Origin: Paraspadella gotoi
Taxonomy: Eukaryota > Animalia > Chaetognatha
Length of the DNA: 64,000 nt
Assembly (NCBI GenBank): GCA_051294375.1
Contig: CM119267.1
Coordinates: forward strand, 5,128,883 to 5,192,882
Reading direction: 5' to 3'
The first letter of the stretch is position 1. Every line of letters starts with the position of its first letter. The position numbers were made by a program, and so were the translations under genes. Shown one piece after another: positions 40,160-57,836 of this stretch. The notes beneath the pieces were generated by a model. It saw only the letters and a list, made by a program, of their open reading frames with translations, had not been told where the DNA came from and did no database searches.

Positions 40160-42420
40160 ACTCTCATTCTACCTAGTCAAGGCGTCTATACCTGATAGAT
40201 TAATAGGTCGGAGTTCGTGTGGATCGAGTTAGCTCAATGAATGAAAAATGAATGATGAATGAATGAATGAATGAATGAATGTATGAATGTATGAATGTAT
40301 GAATGAATGAATGAATGAATTAATGCGTTAATAAACGAACAAATAAATGAACGAATGAACGAATGGATGAATGAATGAATGAATGAATGAATNNNNNNNN
40401 NNNNNNNNNNNNNNNNNNNNNNNNNNNNNNNNNNNNNNNNNNNNNNNNNNNNNNNNNNNNNNNNNNNNNNNNNNNNNNNNNNNNNNNNNNNNNNNNNNNN
40501 NNNNNNNNNNNNNNNNNNNNNNNNNNNNNNNNNNNNNNNNNNNNNNNNNNNNNNNNNNNNNNNNNNNNNNNNNNNNNNNNNNNNNNNNNNNNNNNNNNNN
40601 NNNNNNNNNNNNNNNNNNNNNNNNNGGAAAAAAAATTATTTTCACGTTTATCACATTTTGATGGATGAAATGAAAGGCGTGAATGTGAATCGCAGGTGGC
40701 ATCGTGTGATCGCGTGAAGAGGATTCGGTGATTCCTGTGATTCGCGTGAGAGGCCGATCACGTGATGCCTCTTCGTTCCTTCAATTCGCCGAGAGTGTTT
40801 CTCTTTCTCTCTCTCTCTCGCTTTCTTTCTTTTTTTTTTATTTTTTCTGTGGATTACAATATATAAGCGATTTTATTCGAATACAACAAGGTTGATTCAG
40901 TACAATCATCATCAACAAACAAACATAGACTAAGTCTGAGCAAACGAAAACGTAGCGTAACCATGACAGATATTTTTTTTTAATTGTCTATGGGTCTTTA
41001 GTTTTATCTAAGACTAATATCAACATATTGAATAATTTTATTGACAAACCGCGAATGTTTACGTTAGTATCGTGCGCTCCCCATTTTCATGCGGAGCTTC
41101 TCGCGTTCTTTGCCATAAAAGTATTTTTTGTTATCGACAGAAAGTGACTCGATTTCCGAAGGAAATAAAACTTTTTTTAAACTTTTAAAATCGATTTATT
41201 TACTCTAAAAGAAAAAAGAAAAAAGAAAAAAGGAACTCTGCTGAGAAGAAGGCAATTGTCTCTTTTAAATGAGAAAAAAAAATTGAGTTGAAAATTCCAT
41301 TTATTTTCCGATTGTGATTAAACTAAAAGATCCGAGTCTCATTTCTTTCTCTCTTCCTCTTTCTTATCCATTCGTCCTTCCCTCTCTCTCTCTTTCTCAC
41401 TCTCTCTCTCACTCTCTCTCTCTCTCTCTCACTCTCTCACTCTCTCTCTATATATCTCTCTCTCTCCAAAAGAGATGCTTCACCCAGGTGAGAATCACAA
41501 GTGATTCCTAACGTTGCCAAACTTATATAAATCAGTAAAAAATGAATTTTTTTTCTCAACTATCCTAATTAAGACAAGAAAATTTATCAACATTAAATAT
41601 AATTTTAATACAATAAAATACAAATTAATTCGACTATGAACACAACTATGAACCAGTTCATAAGATCTTGTATGAAAATAATCTTCAGACAGTAAAACGT
41701 GTACAATTTTACATAGTAGCAACTAATTTCTCACTAAATCTACTAAAATCTTACATACAATCATTGTGATCGGCAATGAAGACCCTGCGATTTCCAAACG
41801 GCTTAGACCAATCCGATGTTAATTAAATAAGGTAGATAAAATCTACGTCAAATTAAAACGCTACATTTAACCTAGTTTAGTAGATTTTCCATACATTGTC
41901 AAAAAACGGTAAATGTTTACAAATTGATTTCCATCGCACAACGCTTAACACGGATAGACGGAGTCCGCACCGCGGCGGCGCCAATGAAATCTTTTAACGG
42001 TGCAGCGGACGGCGCCAACGATCAAACGCCGACAGGACCAGACCCAATTTCCACAGGCGATTACTCAGAAAAAAGGCCATTAGCGATGGTGAGAGCGGAT
42101 TGAAAACTACTCGCGGTGGGTCATCATCGCGGTTTGAGTGATAAGAATTAGGACAGCGAGTCCGTGACTCTGGACGGGGGGAGGGGTTGTTTAAAGAACG
42201 TAATCGCGACTTTTAAGTTAATTAACGAGGTCATTGAAAACTAAACAGCGTCGCGCGGGATGAACGAGAGATTCGATGAACGAGAGAGAGGAGAGAGACG
42301 AGAGAAGAGAGAGAGAGAGAGAGCAGAGAGAGAGATGAGAGAGAGAGAGAGAGATCAAATGCCGCAGAACTCTTTCGATTTTCCAACGCGGTGGCTTCTC
42401 TCATTCCCACTCTCTCCAGT

Positions 42421-42919
42421 TTAATACTTGGCGATCCCCGACATCTCTCTCTCCGCGTAGAGCCTCTCCACGGCCTCGTTGACCTCCGTCCCGACATCCG
42501 CAACCCCCTTGGCCTCCTCCAGCGTCCCGTCGGTTGTCAGCATCCCGACGAAGACCTCTCGCGAGGGCATCAGCGTCGAGAGTCCCAGTCTGATCACTTG
42601 GCGGACGAACCAATTGTGATGGAGCCCGAGGGTGACGTCGTAGGCGGCGACGGCCGAGGCGGAAACGGATGGCTCGGCGGCGGCGGGGGCGGCGTCCGAA
42701 GCATCGTCGCCCGCGGCCGCTGTCTCGAAGGACTGCTGTAGACGACCAAAGTATTGGAGTAGAAACTCGGCGAATCGATGGATGTAGAGAAGCGCGACGG
42801 CGCCTTTACGAATTTTCTCGTCGTCCTGGACGGGGGCGTCGTAATCGCCGTCCGGTAGAGGTCGTTCGTGATCCAGCATCTCTTCGACGGAGTCGTAGAA
42901 ACGGGATTTGGAGGAGTTT
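42421..42919 (-). CDS. Exon 3 (terminal) of GLTP-fold, CPTP/GLTPD2-like lipid-transfer protein
   Basis: Branch-like cttaac/ctgac plus 'cccttcag|' acceptor; the first base completes an Arg codon. Translation is NSSKSRFYDSVEEMLDHERPL...KGAVALLYIHRFAEFLLQYFGRL...VSASAVAAYDVTLGLHHNWFVRQVIRLGLSTLMPSREVF...AVERLYAEREMSGIAKY*. This aligns with recalled human CPTP motifs HYRSLQAMVAHE, GCRTVLRLHR, SYNASLAAYHPWVVR, LPTREVF and QKLYAEHSL. Confidence 0.92.
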
Positions 42920-43165
42920 CTGAAGGGAGCGGGTCAGAGGAGTTAAGGGGAGTGGGGGTGGGAGCAGAGGCGACTTTTATTCACTGTTGTTTATTTGGGT
43001 TACGAGGATAAACATACGTTTATTTGTTTATTCGAAGTTTTGAACGTTGGTTTATCGTAAAAGGGGCTGGTTAAAAAAACAGTAAACAGTAAGCAACAGT
43101 AAACAAAATTAGTAAAAGCAAAACAAACAAAATTTTAAATAAAAAAGACGCTAGACAAACAAAAT

Positions 43166-43436
43166 GGGCACTCTTTTCCGAGAGTACCCTCTTTTTCTGT
43201 TCGTTTTTTCCCAGAATTTAAATATATCTTTAAACTTATAAACTAGTCTAACCCTAATCCCTAACCCTAATCTCAAACCTTAATTTAATCCTAAACCCTA
43301 ATTACAAACCAAGTCCCTAATCTTTATCATTAACCTAATCCTCAACCTAATCCCTAACCTTAATCTTTAAACTAATCTTTAATTTAAAAACTTAACCTAA
43401 TCCCGAATTTCATATAAAATCAGGCGTTCTGGGAAA
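43166..43436. mobile_element. MITE-like element with hairpin TIRs and a degenerate (CCCTAA)-like internal array; right TIR cut by the adjacent HINE
   Basis: Left end gggcactcttttccgagagtaccc is a hairpin. Interior 43248-43405 reads 'ctaaccctaatccctaaccctaa...'. Right remnant is ggcgttctgggaaa. Homologous to 45790-45982. Confidence 0.6.
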
Positions 43437-43776
43437 TCATGAACGGTAATTCAAATGTGTTGCGCCGCAGTGACTCTCTTATCACGTGCATTTTTCATGA
43501 CATGACATGACGTGACATGACGTGACGTAACATGTCTACATGACTACAAAAACTTTCTCAGCCTGTGTATTTATGACATGCACTGCATCAAAATTCCGTC
43601 TTTTATTCCTTATAGTTTTAGTATTTTCTGAAGGCGGCGCTTGCAGTCCCTTAGATTTGAGGTTTTTTCTGTCTTAACAAAAGAGCAACCAGCTATAGGC
43701 AAATTATATGATTTTTTAACGTAAGTGGAACAGACCGATGGACAGACATACCGACGGACCGACCGAAAAGTGACTT
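43437..43776 (-). mobile_element. HINE/DINE-1-like element, truncated at the microsatellite end, in GLTP-gene intron 2
   Basis: Collinear with 28731-29050: gaacggtaattc, tgtgttgcgccgcagtgac, (catga)n, ctgaaggcggcgct..cagtcccttaga, then gaccga repeats. Confidence 0.72.
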
Positions 43777-43812
43777 AACTTAACTTAAATAAAAAGGCCG
43801 AATGTAACTTAC

Positions 43813-44108
43813 CTTAACTTTTCCAAGACTTCCATGTGTTTCGCCAACTCCACCTCCGCCGTATTAAACGGCATGAATCCTCGCAGGAACAGTTTGTACT
43901 GGCGGCAGGCGTCGAGGTAGGCCGTCATGTCCAGGCCCGCCCGCTCGCGACAGCGCCGGAGAGACGCCAGCAGCGCCGCCACGTCGAAGGTTTCGTCGGT
44001 GGAGTTCGGCATGAGGAGCGGTGGAGACGAGGAAGCGGGGGTGAGGGAGGGGGGGGAGAGAGGGTTGGAGTTGGAGGAAGTGACGGTGGAAATGAGACTG
44101 AGGAAGAC
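43813..44108 (-). CDS. Exon 2 of GLTP-fold protein: end of hydrophobic signal, S/P/T stalk and helices 1-2 of the GLTP domain
   Basis: 'ttttttccttcag|' acceptor (phase 0) and 'tta ag|gtaagt' donor (phase 2, matches exon 3). Translation is VFLSLISTVTSSNSNPLSPPSLTPASSSPPLLMPNSTDETFDVAALLASLRRCRERAGLDMTAYLDACRQYKLFLRGFMPFNTAEVELAKHMEVLEKL. This aligns with CPTP FNLKVVLVSFKQC...YIASW...FL...FSFISKDVVSKLRIMERL. Confidence 0.88.
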
Positions 44109-44829
44109 CTGAAGGAAAAAATCAGAAAATTAAATATGCATATAATGAATGAAAACGAATTAACTAATAATAGGGTGGAGTGATGAAAATATTGAGCGAT
44201 TAAATATTATTTTTTTACTGCTTATGGATAATTGGATTTGTAATTAACAAATTTTAAATCCGTTAATAATTTTTTTAGCATAAGTGTAGTAAAATCATTA
44301 AATTTTAAAATATTAGATTTTTATTTTTAAGAACAGATTTGGATTTGCCATAAAAATTTTGAAAAATATATAAAATATATTATAGAATATTTTAATGTTT
44401 AGACTGCAAAAAAATGATTAAAATGTTTTAACATATATTAGTTTCTACTACAAAGAATAAGAAAAATGATTATTTTTTTAATCTTAGATTTAACTTTTTA
44501 TAAAAAATTATTAAAATTTGTTTTTAAAAATTTACTGTTTTATAAAAATATTATTACAAATATATTGTGTTTTACTATTCTGTTCCCCAAACAATATGAA
44601 CAAAATATTTTTTTGAACTAGTTAATCATACTATCTCATGTCTAAATATTCTTATTTGATCACTCAAATAATTTATTTTGTTGTTGATAGCTCCACTCTA
44701 TTAAATAAATCTTTCAAAATCAAATTTAAAGGAAGTAGTTCATGTCGTGGTTACTGGGTAGTCGACAAAGTAAAAACTGGCCTTGTTTTTTAATGTTTCA
44801 GAGTAAAAACCGGTTTCAAAAAGCGGAAT

Positions 44830-44958
<129 letters not shown>

Positions 44959-45180
44959 AATAAAGAAAACAAGAAAGGAGAAAGAAAAAAAGAAAGAAAA
45001 AGAGAGAGGGAAGTAAAAATATCAAATTCATTTAATTATTAAAAATCAGTTTGAAAAGCATTTTGATGATCCAAAATAATTATGCCTTTTGTTCCAAAAT
45101 TTGGCATCGCTGAAAAAAAATATTCGTTCAGAGAATTGAGCTGAGGCACGAACTGAAAACAAGTCTTCCCGAGTACAGAT

Positions 45181-45247
<67 letters not shown>

Positions 45248-45789
45248 GCGATCGCATCTTTTTTTTCCATAGGAATCAGCAGCCGGAGAAACTCGGGTTC
45301 AAAAATGTGGCCCAAATGTTTTTCGACGTGTTTTTTGTTTATTGGATTTTATATGTAATATTTTTTTTGATCTTTTCATTCCTTTCATTGTTTTCATTCG
45401 TTTATAATTTTTATTTTTCATTTAAATTTAACAAAAACATCGAAAGAAAGAGAGAAAAAAATTAGATCGAGCAGATCGACTGGCGACGACGACGACGACG
45501 ACGACGATGACGAACGACGTCGACGACAGCAGTGCGAAAGGACCGGTTTTTAGTCAGCTTTCAGATGAAGACTGAAGAGTTTCTTTTTTTATAGTAATAG
45601 TTTATAACTGATTCGGTCTTGCATACCACATGGAAAATAGTAGATTATTAATTTATTCATTATGAAAGAGCACTGTTTTCCCCTTAGGTGCAAACATGAA
45701 ATGAAAAAAGAATTGTCTAGTTTTTGAAACAAAATCTTTTTTTTTTTTATTTCATGTTTGCACCTAAGAGGAAGACAGAAGTCTTCGAA

Positions 45790-45982
45790 GGGCTCTCTTT
45801 TCCCAGAGCGCCCCATTTCTGTTCTTTTATCCTTAAACCTTAACCCTAAAAACCCTGATCCTTAATTTTTAACCATAATTCCTAATCTTTAATTAATCCT
45901 TAACTTCTAACGTAATTTTTAATTAAAAAATTCTAAATTATACATTTAAGCAAAAAAAGGACGTTATCGGAAAATAATGCCC
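45790..45982. mobile_element. MITE-like element with palindromic TIRs and a CCCTAA-like interior (GLTP-gene intron 1)
   Basis: Left end is gggctctcttttcccagagcgccc. Right end is ggacgttatcggaaaataatgccc, whose reverse complement gggcattattttccgataacgtcc resembles the 43166 left end. Interior reads 'ccttaaaccttaaccctaaaaaccctgatcc'. Confidence 0.55.
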
Positions 45983-46429
45983 TTTTGGCTTTACGTAACG
46001 AGATCGGTTAGGTAATTTGACGAACGGTTTCGTGATAATGGTTTTAATGACTTAATGAAAAGTTTGGTTTTTTTTGTTTGTTTTTTTTGTGTTTTTTTTT
46101 TTTTTTTTTTTTTTTTTGGTGCGAGTTAAATAAATTAACCTGATCATTCGGTTACGAGAGGTCACGAAGATATGTTTTCTTCATTAAACAAATTATTGGT
46201 TTATTAATTCGTTATATAACTACGTATAACTTAGAAAAAAGGGGTTTCAGATTAACGGTTTTATTATTTTTATCTCGATGCACTAACCAAATTCGAAAAA
46301 GTCCGGTTTAGAAATTGATGAATGAATAAGTAAGAAACGAAGAACTATGTGGAAAAAAAGGTTAAGAGTATACTTTACGAGAAAAACAAGTTTAGGAAGG
46401 AGTTAGGATAAAAGAGAGAGTTGAGAGAG

Positions 46430-46463
<34 letters not shown>

Positions 46464-46466
46464 GAG

Positions 46467-46513
<47 letters not shown>

Positions 46514-46630
46514 TATATTAGTAAGAGAAAAGAATTGCAATTCGGGTTCAGGATGAAAGTTCAAGTTTCGAAGTGAAGTGAGTCAGGTCACAAAAAACGC
46601 CGCAAGTCCACGATTCCACTTTTTTTTCAC

Positions 46631-46696
<66 letters not shown>

Positions 46697-46904
46697 TTCC
46701 CATTGGATTCGTATTTTGTTTTGCTCTAAATTCTCTCCATGGATTAAATTTCTTTACTTTAGCCTTTAAAGAACTCCTAGTTTAAAGTCCCTTTCGAATG
46801 CGGGTTTTTCGTTTAAAAGGTTTTTTTTTTTAAAGAAAATTTGGTCATTTCATTGGTTCTTACTTTTCTACCTCTTATATGCAAAAAGCGGTAGTTCCCG
46901 TTAC

Positions 46905-47006
46905 ATATACTATTGCAAGCTTGAAAGGGGAAGAACAATCATCGCGGCTGTGGCTGCCGCTGCTGCTTTGAAGGCTGCGCGACGCCGGATGCGGCTGCTG
47001 GGCCAT
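46905..47006 (-). CDS. Predicted exon 1 (coding part) of GLTP-fold protein
   Basis: Start context gccggcATGG; translation MAQQPHPASRSLQSSSGSHSRDDCSSPFKLAIVY; 'tat|gtaacg' phase-0 donor. It joins exon 2 in frame to give the hydrophobic run KLAIVYVFLSLISTV. An upstream acceptor 'ttttattcctaccgcag|cag' implies a further 5'-UTR exon. There is no homology support for this exon. Confidence 0.62.
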
Positions 47007-47597
47007 GCCGGCTCCAGCTGCTGCGGTAGGAATAAAAAACCAAAAAAAAAACAAAAGATAGAAAAAAAAAAGGAAAGTAAAGGGAGAAAGTGGAGTAAAT
47101 ATCAGGAGCAAAGGATTTACGAGAGGCGGTGTTTGAAAAAAAAATACAAAAACGCAGTCGAGAAACAAAAAATAAGACTAAAAAAAGATTAAAAGAGAAA
47201 AAAAATCTGCCAGTTTCACGAAACTTTTTAAGTATTTATTTTGACGTGTTTATTTGATTCTTTTGAAAAAAAAAAACAAAAAGAAAACAAAAATAGAAAC
47301 GATTTAATATTTTTTTTTTTCAAATCCAAATTTAATTTACGGCTCCGTCGTAACCTTCTTTGCCGCCTCGCCCGAAGGGCGCGTGAGGCATTCAGGCATC
47401 TTCCGCCGCGCCGCACCTAGCGCCGACCGCACCGCTCCGGGCGCGCCTCCACTCCCCTTTTTACGCACCTGCGGGGCAAAAACGGAAATCTGCATATGCA
47501 AAGTCGGGGCCTCGTTACTCGACGCGTTAAAGGCATTCGCTTCGTCGGCCGCCCTCGTTATTGTAAAGCATAACGATCCTGAGAAACAAGAGAACGT

Positions 47598-47667
<70 letters not shown>

Positions 47668-48452
47668 TGAGGGACTTGAGATGGCGATGCCTCCAGTTCT
47701 GCTTTTATGCGCGATCTCAAGTGGCCGAGATATTGAGATTGACAATTGAACCACGAGATGGTATTAGACGGACGGTCAAGCGGGAGCCACGCGGATTTCA
47801 TATAAACATAAAATTCAAATAAATAATGAAAATAAATCAAATCACCTCTAGAGAAGTCATATGGCGGAAACAATATCGGCCAATAAATACCGAAGCTTAA
47901 AATAACATATTCGCTGTATGAATGACTCTGTCAGAAAGTCAGAAAGTGACCATCTGTCATCTCACCATATATGGTTCTCATATATGGTTCTCTTTTTTTA
48001 TCTTTTTTTCCACGCCGCCATTTCGCCACGAGTTTCGTTTTACGATCCACGCGTATTCTTTGAGCGTTCGCTTCCGCGGTCAACTCGTAGTCCCGCGCAC
48101 GCGCGTTCTCGTAGTTTTCGGACGTGCGCTCCCAGTTTTTCCCCGTCGGAACCGTTCGCCGACGGTCACGTGCGAGACCCCGGGGATTAGAGATCCGTTT
48201 CGAGCCCGAAACCCCGAGTTCAAGACCTTTGGCAGAGGAGTGGGAAAGAGAGTTCAAAATAAAGTTCAAGTTATCACAGACCCTGGAAGACTTTGACCAA
48301 AAACAGTAGTTTATAACTTAAGAACTTATAACTAAACTTTCGTTCAAAAGTTTAGGTTTAAACCTTTTCCACCACGGGTCAAATCTTAAACCCCGGTTTG
48401 ACAACCTCGCGGCGAGGTCCGTCGCTTGTCACGTCCGCGAACCCCAGGGTTC

Positions 48453-52087
<3,635 letters not shown>

Positions 52088-52387
52088 ANNNNNNNNNNNN
52101 NNNNNNNNNNNNNNNNNNNNNNNNNNNNNNNNNNNNNNNNNNNNNNNNNNNNNNNNNNNNNNNNNNNNNNNNNNNNNNNNNNNNNNNNGTATTCTTTTTA
52201 ACTAAAATGTTTGGGGTTCAATCCTACCCGAAAATATTTCAGTTTCTTTTTTTTTTAATAAAAGAAAATAAAATACAGGTTGTTGTTGTCTCTATCTTTA
52301 GGTTTTCAGGTTGAGAGACTCATCCAGTCTTAACCAGTTGTAAAAAATTTATGGAGGGTAATTGTTTTGTTCAAAGATTTTTGTCAT

Positions 52388-52432
<45 letters not shown>

Positions 52433-52456
52433 ATCTCTATCTCTCTTTGTCACTTA

Positions 52457-52612
52457 ACATTTTACTTGAATTTGAGTGTAGAATTTAACTTTTTAACTAT
52501 AAATTTAATTCTTTTTAATTAAATTTTTAATTTACATTTTACTTGAATTTGAGTGTAGAATTTAACTTTTTAACTATAGATTTAATTCTTTTTAATTAAT
52601 TATTTAATTTAC
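52457..52612 (+). repeat. ~76-bp direct tandem duplication
   Basis: 'acattttacttgaatttgagtgtagaatttaactttttaactata' occurs twice. Confidence 0.85.
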
Positions 52613-53080
52613 ATGAATTTAAATTTTAATGTCGAATTTTTTTTAAAATAAAAGAGTTAAGTTTTAAAGCAAAGAAATTGTAGGCTATTTTCTTGTTTTT
52701 ATAAAAGAATTTAGAAACTTAAAAGAATCTCTAGCGCACTCTTTAGTTTTTTATTTTAAATATTTAAAATGAAGATTTAACAAAAGGGAAAAGTGGACGA
52801 AGCTTCGAACTTTCTTTTTTTTTTTTCGGCCTAAGAATCTTGGAAAAACGAGGGTGAAAGTCATCGTCTCTCGTAGGCGGAAGAGAAGAAGAAGAAGAAG
52901 AGAGAAGAAGAAGAAGAAGAAGAGAAGAAGAAGAAGAAGAAAAGAAGAAGAAGAGAAACACTCAGCGTGAAATGTTTATGAGGATTTTGTCAAAAAAATC
53001 GAGGGGAAAAAAGATGGAGATTGGAGATAGGAGGAAAGAAAAGAAGGAAAAAAAGTGGGGAGGAGAGAGAGGAGAGAGAG

Positions 53081-53148
<68 letters not shown>

Positions 53149-53755
53149 AAATAAACGTCATTCAGTGTAAATCGATGGAAAAGGAGGAAGGAGGAGGAAA
53201 GGAGGAAAGGAGGAAAGGAAGAAGGGAGGAAAAGGAGGAAAGAGACGAAGGAAAAGTTAAAAAGTCGAAATAGAGAAAAGAAAATAAAAGGAAATCAAAT
53301 TGGACGATCGATTAAATTTAAATTTTTAAAATAAAACAGATGCGACGAAGAAAGACATAAGAAGCCGACATCGACGACGACGACAACGACCACAATAACG
53401 ACGACGATGACGCAAACGACGACGCCCACGACGCCAATAACGCCCACGAGGAAAACGACGACTTCGACGACGACGACGACGACGACGAAGACTATCTCCG
53501 AGTCTTAAGGTCAAAACTCGAATGGTCGCGTCTATTTTACTCAGACTCGTTTATATTTCAAAGAGTTTTTTTTTTCTCCGAAAGAAAAGAATTATTAAAA
53601 TAAATAAAATAAATTAAATCGTCAAAACTGAGAGAGAGAGAGAGTTATGCATCGCATGGCGGAGGTCAATGTCCATTCTCACGGTCGGTGGTGCATTCAA
53701 GCTGAGAAACTCTTCGATGACTGATTTGACTCTCTCTCTCTCATCTCTCTCTCTC

Positions 53756-53819
<64 letters not shown>

Positions 53820-54188
53820 TCTCTCTCTTCCTCATCTCTCTCTTATCTCTCTCTACCCTCTCCCTCACCCGTCCCCCCTCACCCCCTCCTTTCCTTCCCG
53901 GTTCCGCGGTGTCTACCGCAGAATAGAAGGGCAAAGGGTTAATGGTTGACCTTATACCACTAATTACGTCGTTCAAAACACTTTTGCTCATTTGTCATTT
54001 TTTTTTCTTTGGCGAGACCGCGTGCGGCGACGAAAGATGGCGGGAGGGTCTAGAAAGATTATGGGGGGGGCGCTGAGATGTGGCCAAGTGGGGGGAGGAG
54101 ATTAGGGCCGAAGGGGACACGAAACAATGTCGCAACCCGATGCGGGGGGGGGGGTAACGTAACGCCAAAGGTGAGAGGCGAAAGGTCG

Positions 54189-54701
54189 GCCGGATCGAGC
54201 CCTGGCATTGGCGGTTAACAGGGAAGGCGCGAAATTTCAAAAGTGTACTTGTCCTGTTTTTAGTTGCGCCGCGAGTAGTCGGGGAGCAACTCTATAAGTA
54301 ACTTTTCGGTCGGTCTGTCGGTCGGTATGTCGCAAAGAAAGTTATTGTAGTCATGTATTCATGTTAAGTCACGTCATGTCATGTCATGTCCCGTCATGTA
54401 ATGTCAGGTCACGAAAATACAAGTGATAAGGCAGTCACTACGGCGCAACACATTCCGTTTTTGTTTACTTTTGTTTTAAATCTACTCTACTCTACTACCG
54501 TAAATGGCGAATGCTCATTTCTTTAGTCATTACATTTCATTAACATATTCATATTTTCTATATAGTATTAACATTTATATTTATTTTTATTTATATATTT
54601 CCCTATATTTTCTCGATTAATTCCCCCAGTCCAGTACTAAAAATACAGCGGAATTTTTCACGTCTGTGTTTTGCCCAAACTTGTTTCAACGTTGTCCATG
54701 A

Positions 54702-54741
<40 letters not shown>

Positions 54742-54976
54742 TAAACACTAAGTCATCGCCGACTGAAACAAATCGTTTTTGTCCTGAACCTACCTGGCTT
54801 TTTTTGAGAGTTGGTAACTGGTAAGTGAGTTCGAAGGGACTTAAAAAAAACTTTTTGGGTAAAGAGAGAGAAAATCCCATTAACTGTGTGGTAAATAAAT
54901 AAATAAATATAAACATATAAAAGTGAATGTTAGTTATCAAAACGGAAGCTACTGTTTTAAAATCGGCGAGAGAGAG

Positions 54977-55041
<65 letters not shown>

Positions 55042-55356
55042 AGAGTAAAAGCTCGAATCCGGAAACTTAAAACCGCTAATTCTCGCTTCTGCCAACAGCC
55101 ATTTAAGTTGGCAGATAAAACTTTAAAAGTAATGAAAAGAAAATCTAATATTTATGCCTTCTTCTTTCTTCCTTCCCCTTCCCCCCCTCTCCCCCCCTTC
55201 TCCTCTTGGAATCTTCCACCGACGAGGATTTGCATATATCGACTCTGTGCCTCTCGTCTTAAGTCCTTCATGGTGTCTATGGTGGCTTTTCGTTGTCGTC
55301 GTTTATTCGAATCATCAGGCGAGAATTGCGAGCAGAAGCGTTTTCAAACGACGCGG

Positions 55357-55426
<70 letters not shown>

Positions 55427-55429
55427 AAG

Positions 55430-55471
<42 letters not shown>

Positions 55472-55813
55472 ATGTTCTTGTTTTCAAAAAGCAATCAATA
55501 GGATGGTTATTAGTTATTTGGCCGTCGAACCGTGAAGATCATGAAAGCATGGTACAATAGAGGGAATAACAAGTATTTATTAACTTATTTAAAAAGATAT
55601 AGTAAAATATTAACCAATCCTCCCCCAAAAAATATTTAAATCAATCCTCACCACTTTCTTTTCATCCTTTTCCAACCGCTGAGATTCTCTGCGCATTTCG
55701 CCCATATTACATTGAGAATTTCTTCTTTACTGTAACATCTGTCTCCCTCTATTCTAAGTCTAAACCATTTTCAATGCAATCGCTTCTCTTCTCTCTCTCT
55801 TTCGATCTCTCTC

Positions 55814-55857
<44 letters not shown>

Positions 55858-57130
55858 CTCTTCTCCTCTCTCTTCTCTCTCTCTCTTCTCACTCCTCCGC
55901 GTGAAAAATAATATGGAAATAGAGACCTCCAAGAAATTGGCTTTGCGGCGAGTAACAGACCCCGCCCCCTCGCCGAGAGTAACCGAACCGATAACGTTCC
56001 TTCGTTACGAGACCCGGCGTTTTGGGACCGCGCGGGACGAGTCTCGACGGCGCGAGGGGTTTTCGACTGGCGCGCGGCTTCGAACTGGTCGCTAAAAAAA
56101 AAAGAGTGACAAAAAATGAAAAATCAGCAGCACAATAATGTTTAATGTTTTAATTCACAAAAGAGGGAAGGAGTGTGACCAGGTGTGTTGAGATAGAAGA
56201 GCAGTGAACATTGAACAATTGACATGACAAGACATGGGAATAAAACTTTAGGAGTTTTTTTTCGGGGCGGTGAGGGGGGGAAGTTTGAAAGGGTGATGGG
56301 GGCGACTCGACGGGGGACGTGAGACGATGATAATTGAAATCTTGGCACGAATGACGCCGAAGACAACGACGACGACGACGACGACGATAATGATGACGGG
56401 AGATGGAATGAAAGTTAGTGAGTGTTTGATTGGAAAGAGAAACCAATCGTCTCTGTCTCCATCCCACTACTGATGAAAGAAAGAAAAAAAGGAAAAAAGG
56501 GAGAAAGAAAGATAGAAAGAAAGAAAGAAGAAAGAAAAAAAGAAAGAAAGAAAGAAAAAAAAACAAAAAAAGCGAGAAAGAAAGAAGAAGAAGAAAGAAA
56601 GAAAGAAAGAAAGAAGAAAGAAAGAAAAAAAGAAAGAAAGAAAGAAAGAAAGAAAGAAAAGAAAGAAAAAAAAACGAGAGAAAAAAAAAAGATAGAAGGA
56701 CACGAAAAAAAGAAGAAAAAACAATTGATAAAAAATAGAGAGAAACAAAGACAGAAAGAAGAAAAATAAGAATAATAAAGAAGGAAAGAAAGAACCAAAA
56801 AAAATAAAGAAAAAAATAGAATAACGAATATCCTTGAAAAACATTGCCTTTTGACTCCAAAAAGGTCAGTCAAGAGAAAACTTGTACGCTCAGAGTTCCA
56901 GAAGAGTGAGAGGGAGGAAAAGAGAGGGGAGAGAGAGGAAGAGAGAAGATTAGGAGAAAAGTGAAGAAAGAGAGAGAAGTGAGGAGGGGAGAGAAGAGAG
57001 GGAGAGAGAGAGAAAAGAGAGTAAGTCTTGAAGGGCAGCCATGCTGATCACCAGACAGTGAAGAGGGAAAGAAAAGACAAGGAGAGAGGGGGAGAGAGAG
57101 GAGAGAGGGGGAGAGAGAGAGAGAGAGAGA

Positions 57131-57167
<37 letters not shown>

Positions 57168-57759
57168 GAGAAAGAGAGAGAGAGAGACGAGAGAAAAAAA
57201 GGGAGAGAGAGAGATCAAAAATTAGAAAAAACAAAAAAGTAAAACATAAAGATAAGGAAATAGTAAAGACGGAAGAAATAGTGAGAGACAAAGAGGTAAA
57301 AAGAGGCGAGAATGAAATCCAGAAAGAGAGAGAGAGAGAGAGAGACTGAGCGAGAGTGACGAGCCCTCCTTTGCTTGTCAGCTCGGTAATGAAGATAAAA
57401 GTTGCGGCTGCCAACGAGTTCCCCGCGCGGGTTTTTTTATTGAGATAAAGACTCTTGGAAATAAGACGCACTTTTGTTGTTGTTTTTTCTTTATTTTCGT
57501 AAATAAAAACAGGGAATAAAACACATTAATTTTACTAACACATTTTCCCTTTCGCCTCGCTCGCCGACAGCGATGCATTTTTTGGCGAAAGGGGGGAACG
57601 ATCACAATCTTTCGAGATCACAGCGATCTTAGCTCCACGTCGGAATGCACATTCTCACTCGGCAGAGAATTTAACAACGCGCTCTCCAACCGGCACCTGC
57701 TGTACCCCTTCTCCACTCATCCTCCACTCACCGCCCCCGAATGCGAGACAGAGGAGATG

Positions 57760-57836
<77 letters not shown>

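Larger units (their letters stand above)
39385..44270 (+). repeat. ~5-kb tandem duplication, copy 2 (carries the intact GLTP exons)
   Basis: Collinear with 34310-39331. Confidence 0.93.

Noticed and set aside
43248-43405. True telomere or chromosome-fusion relic
   Set aside because: Repeats are short, highly degenerate, single-orientation and embedded within a TIR-bounded intronic element.
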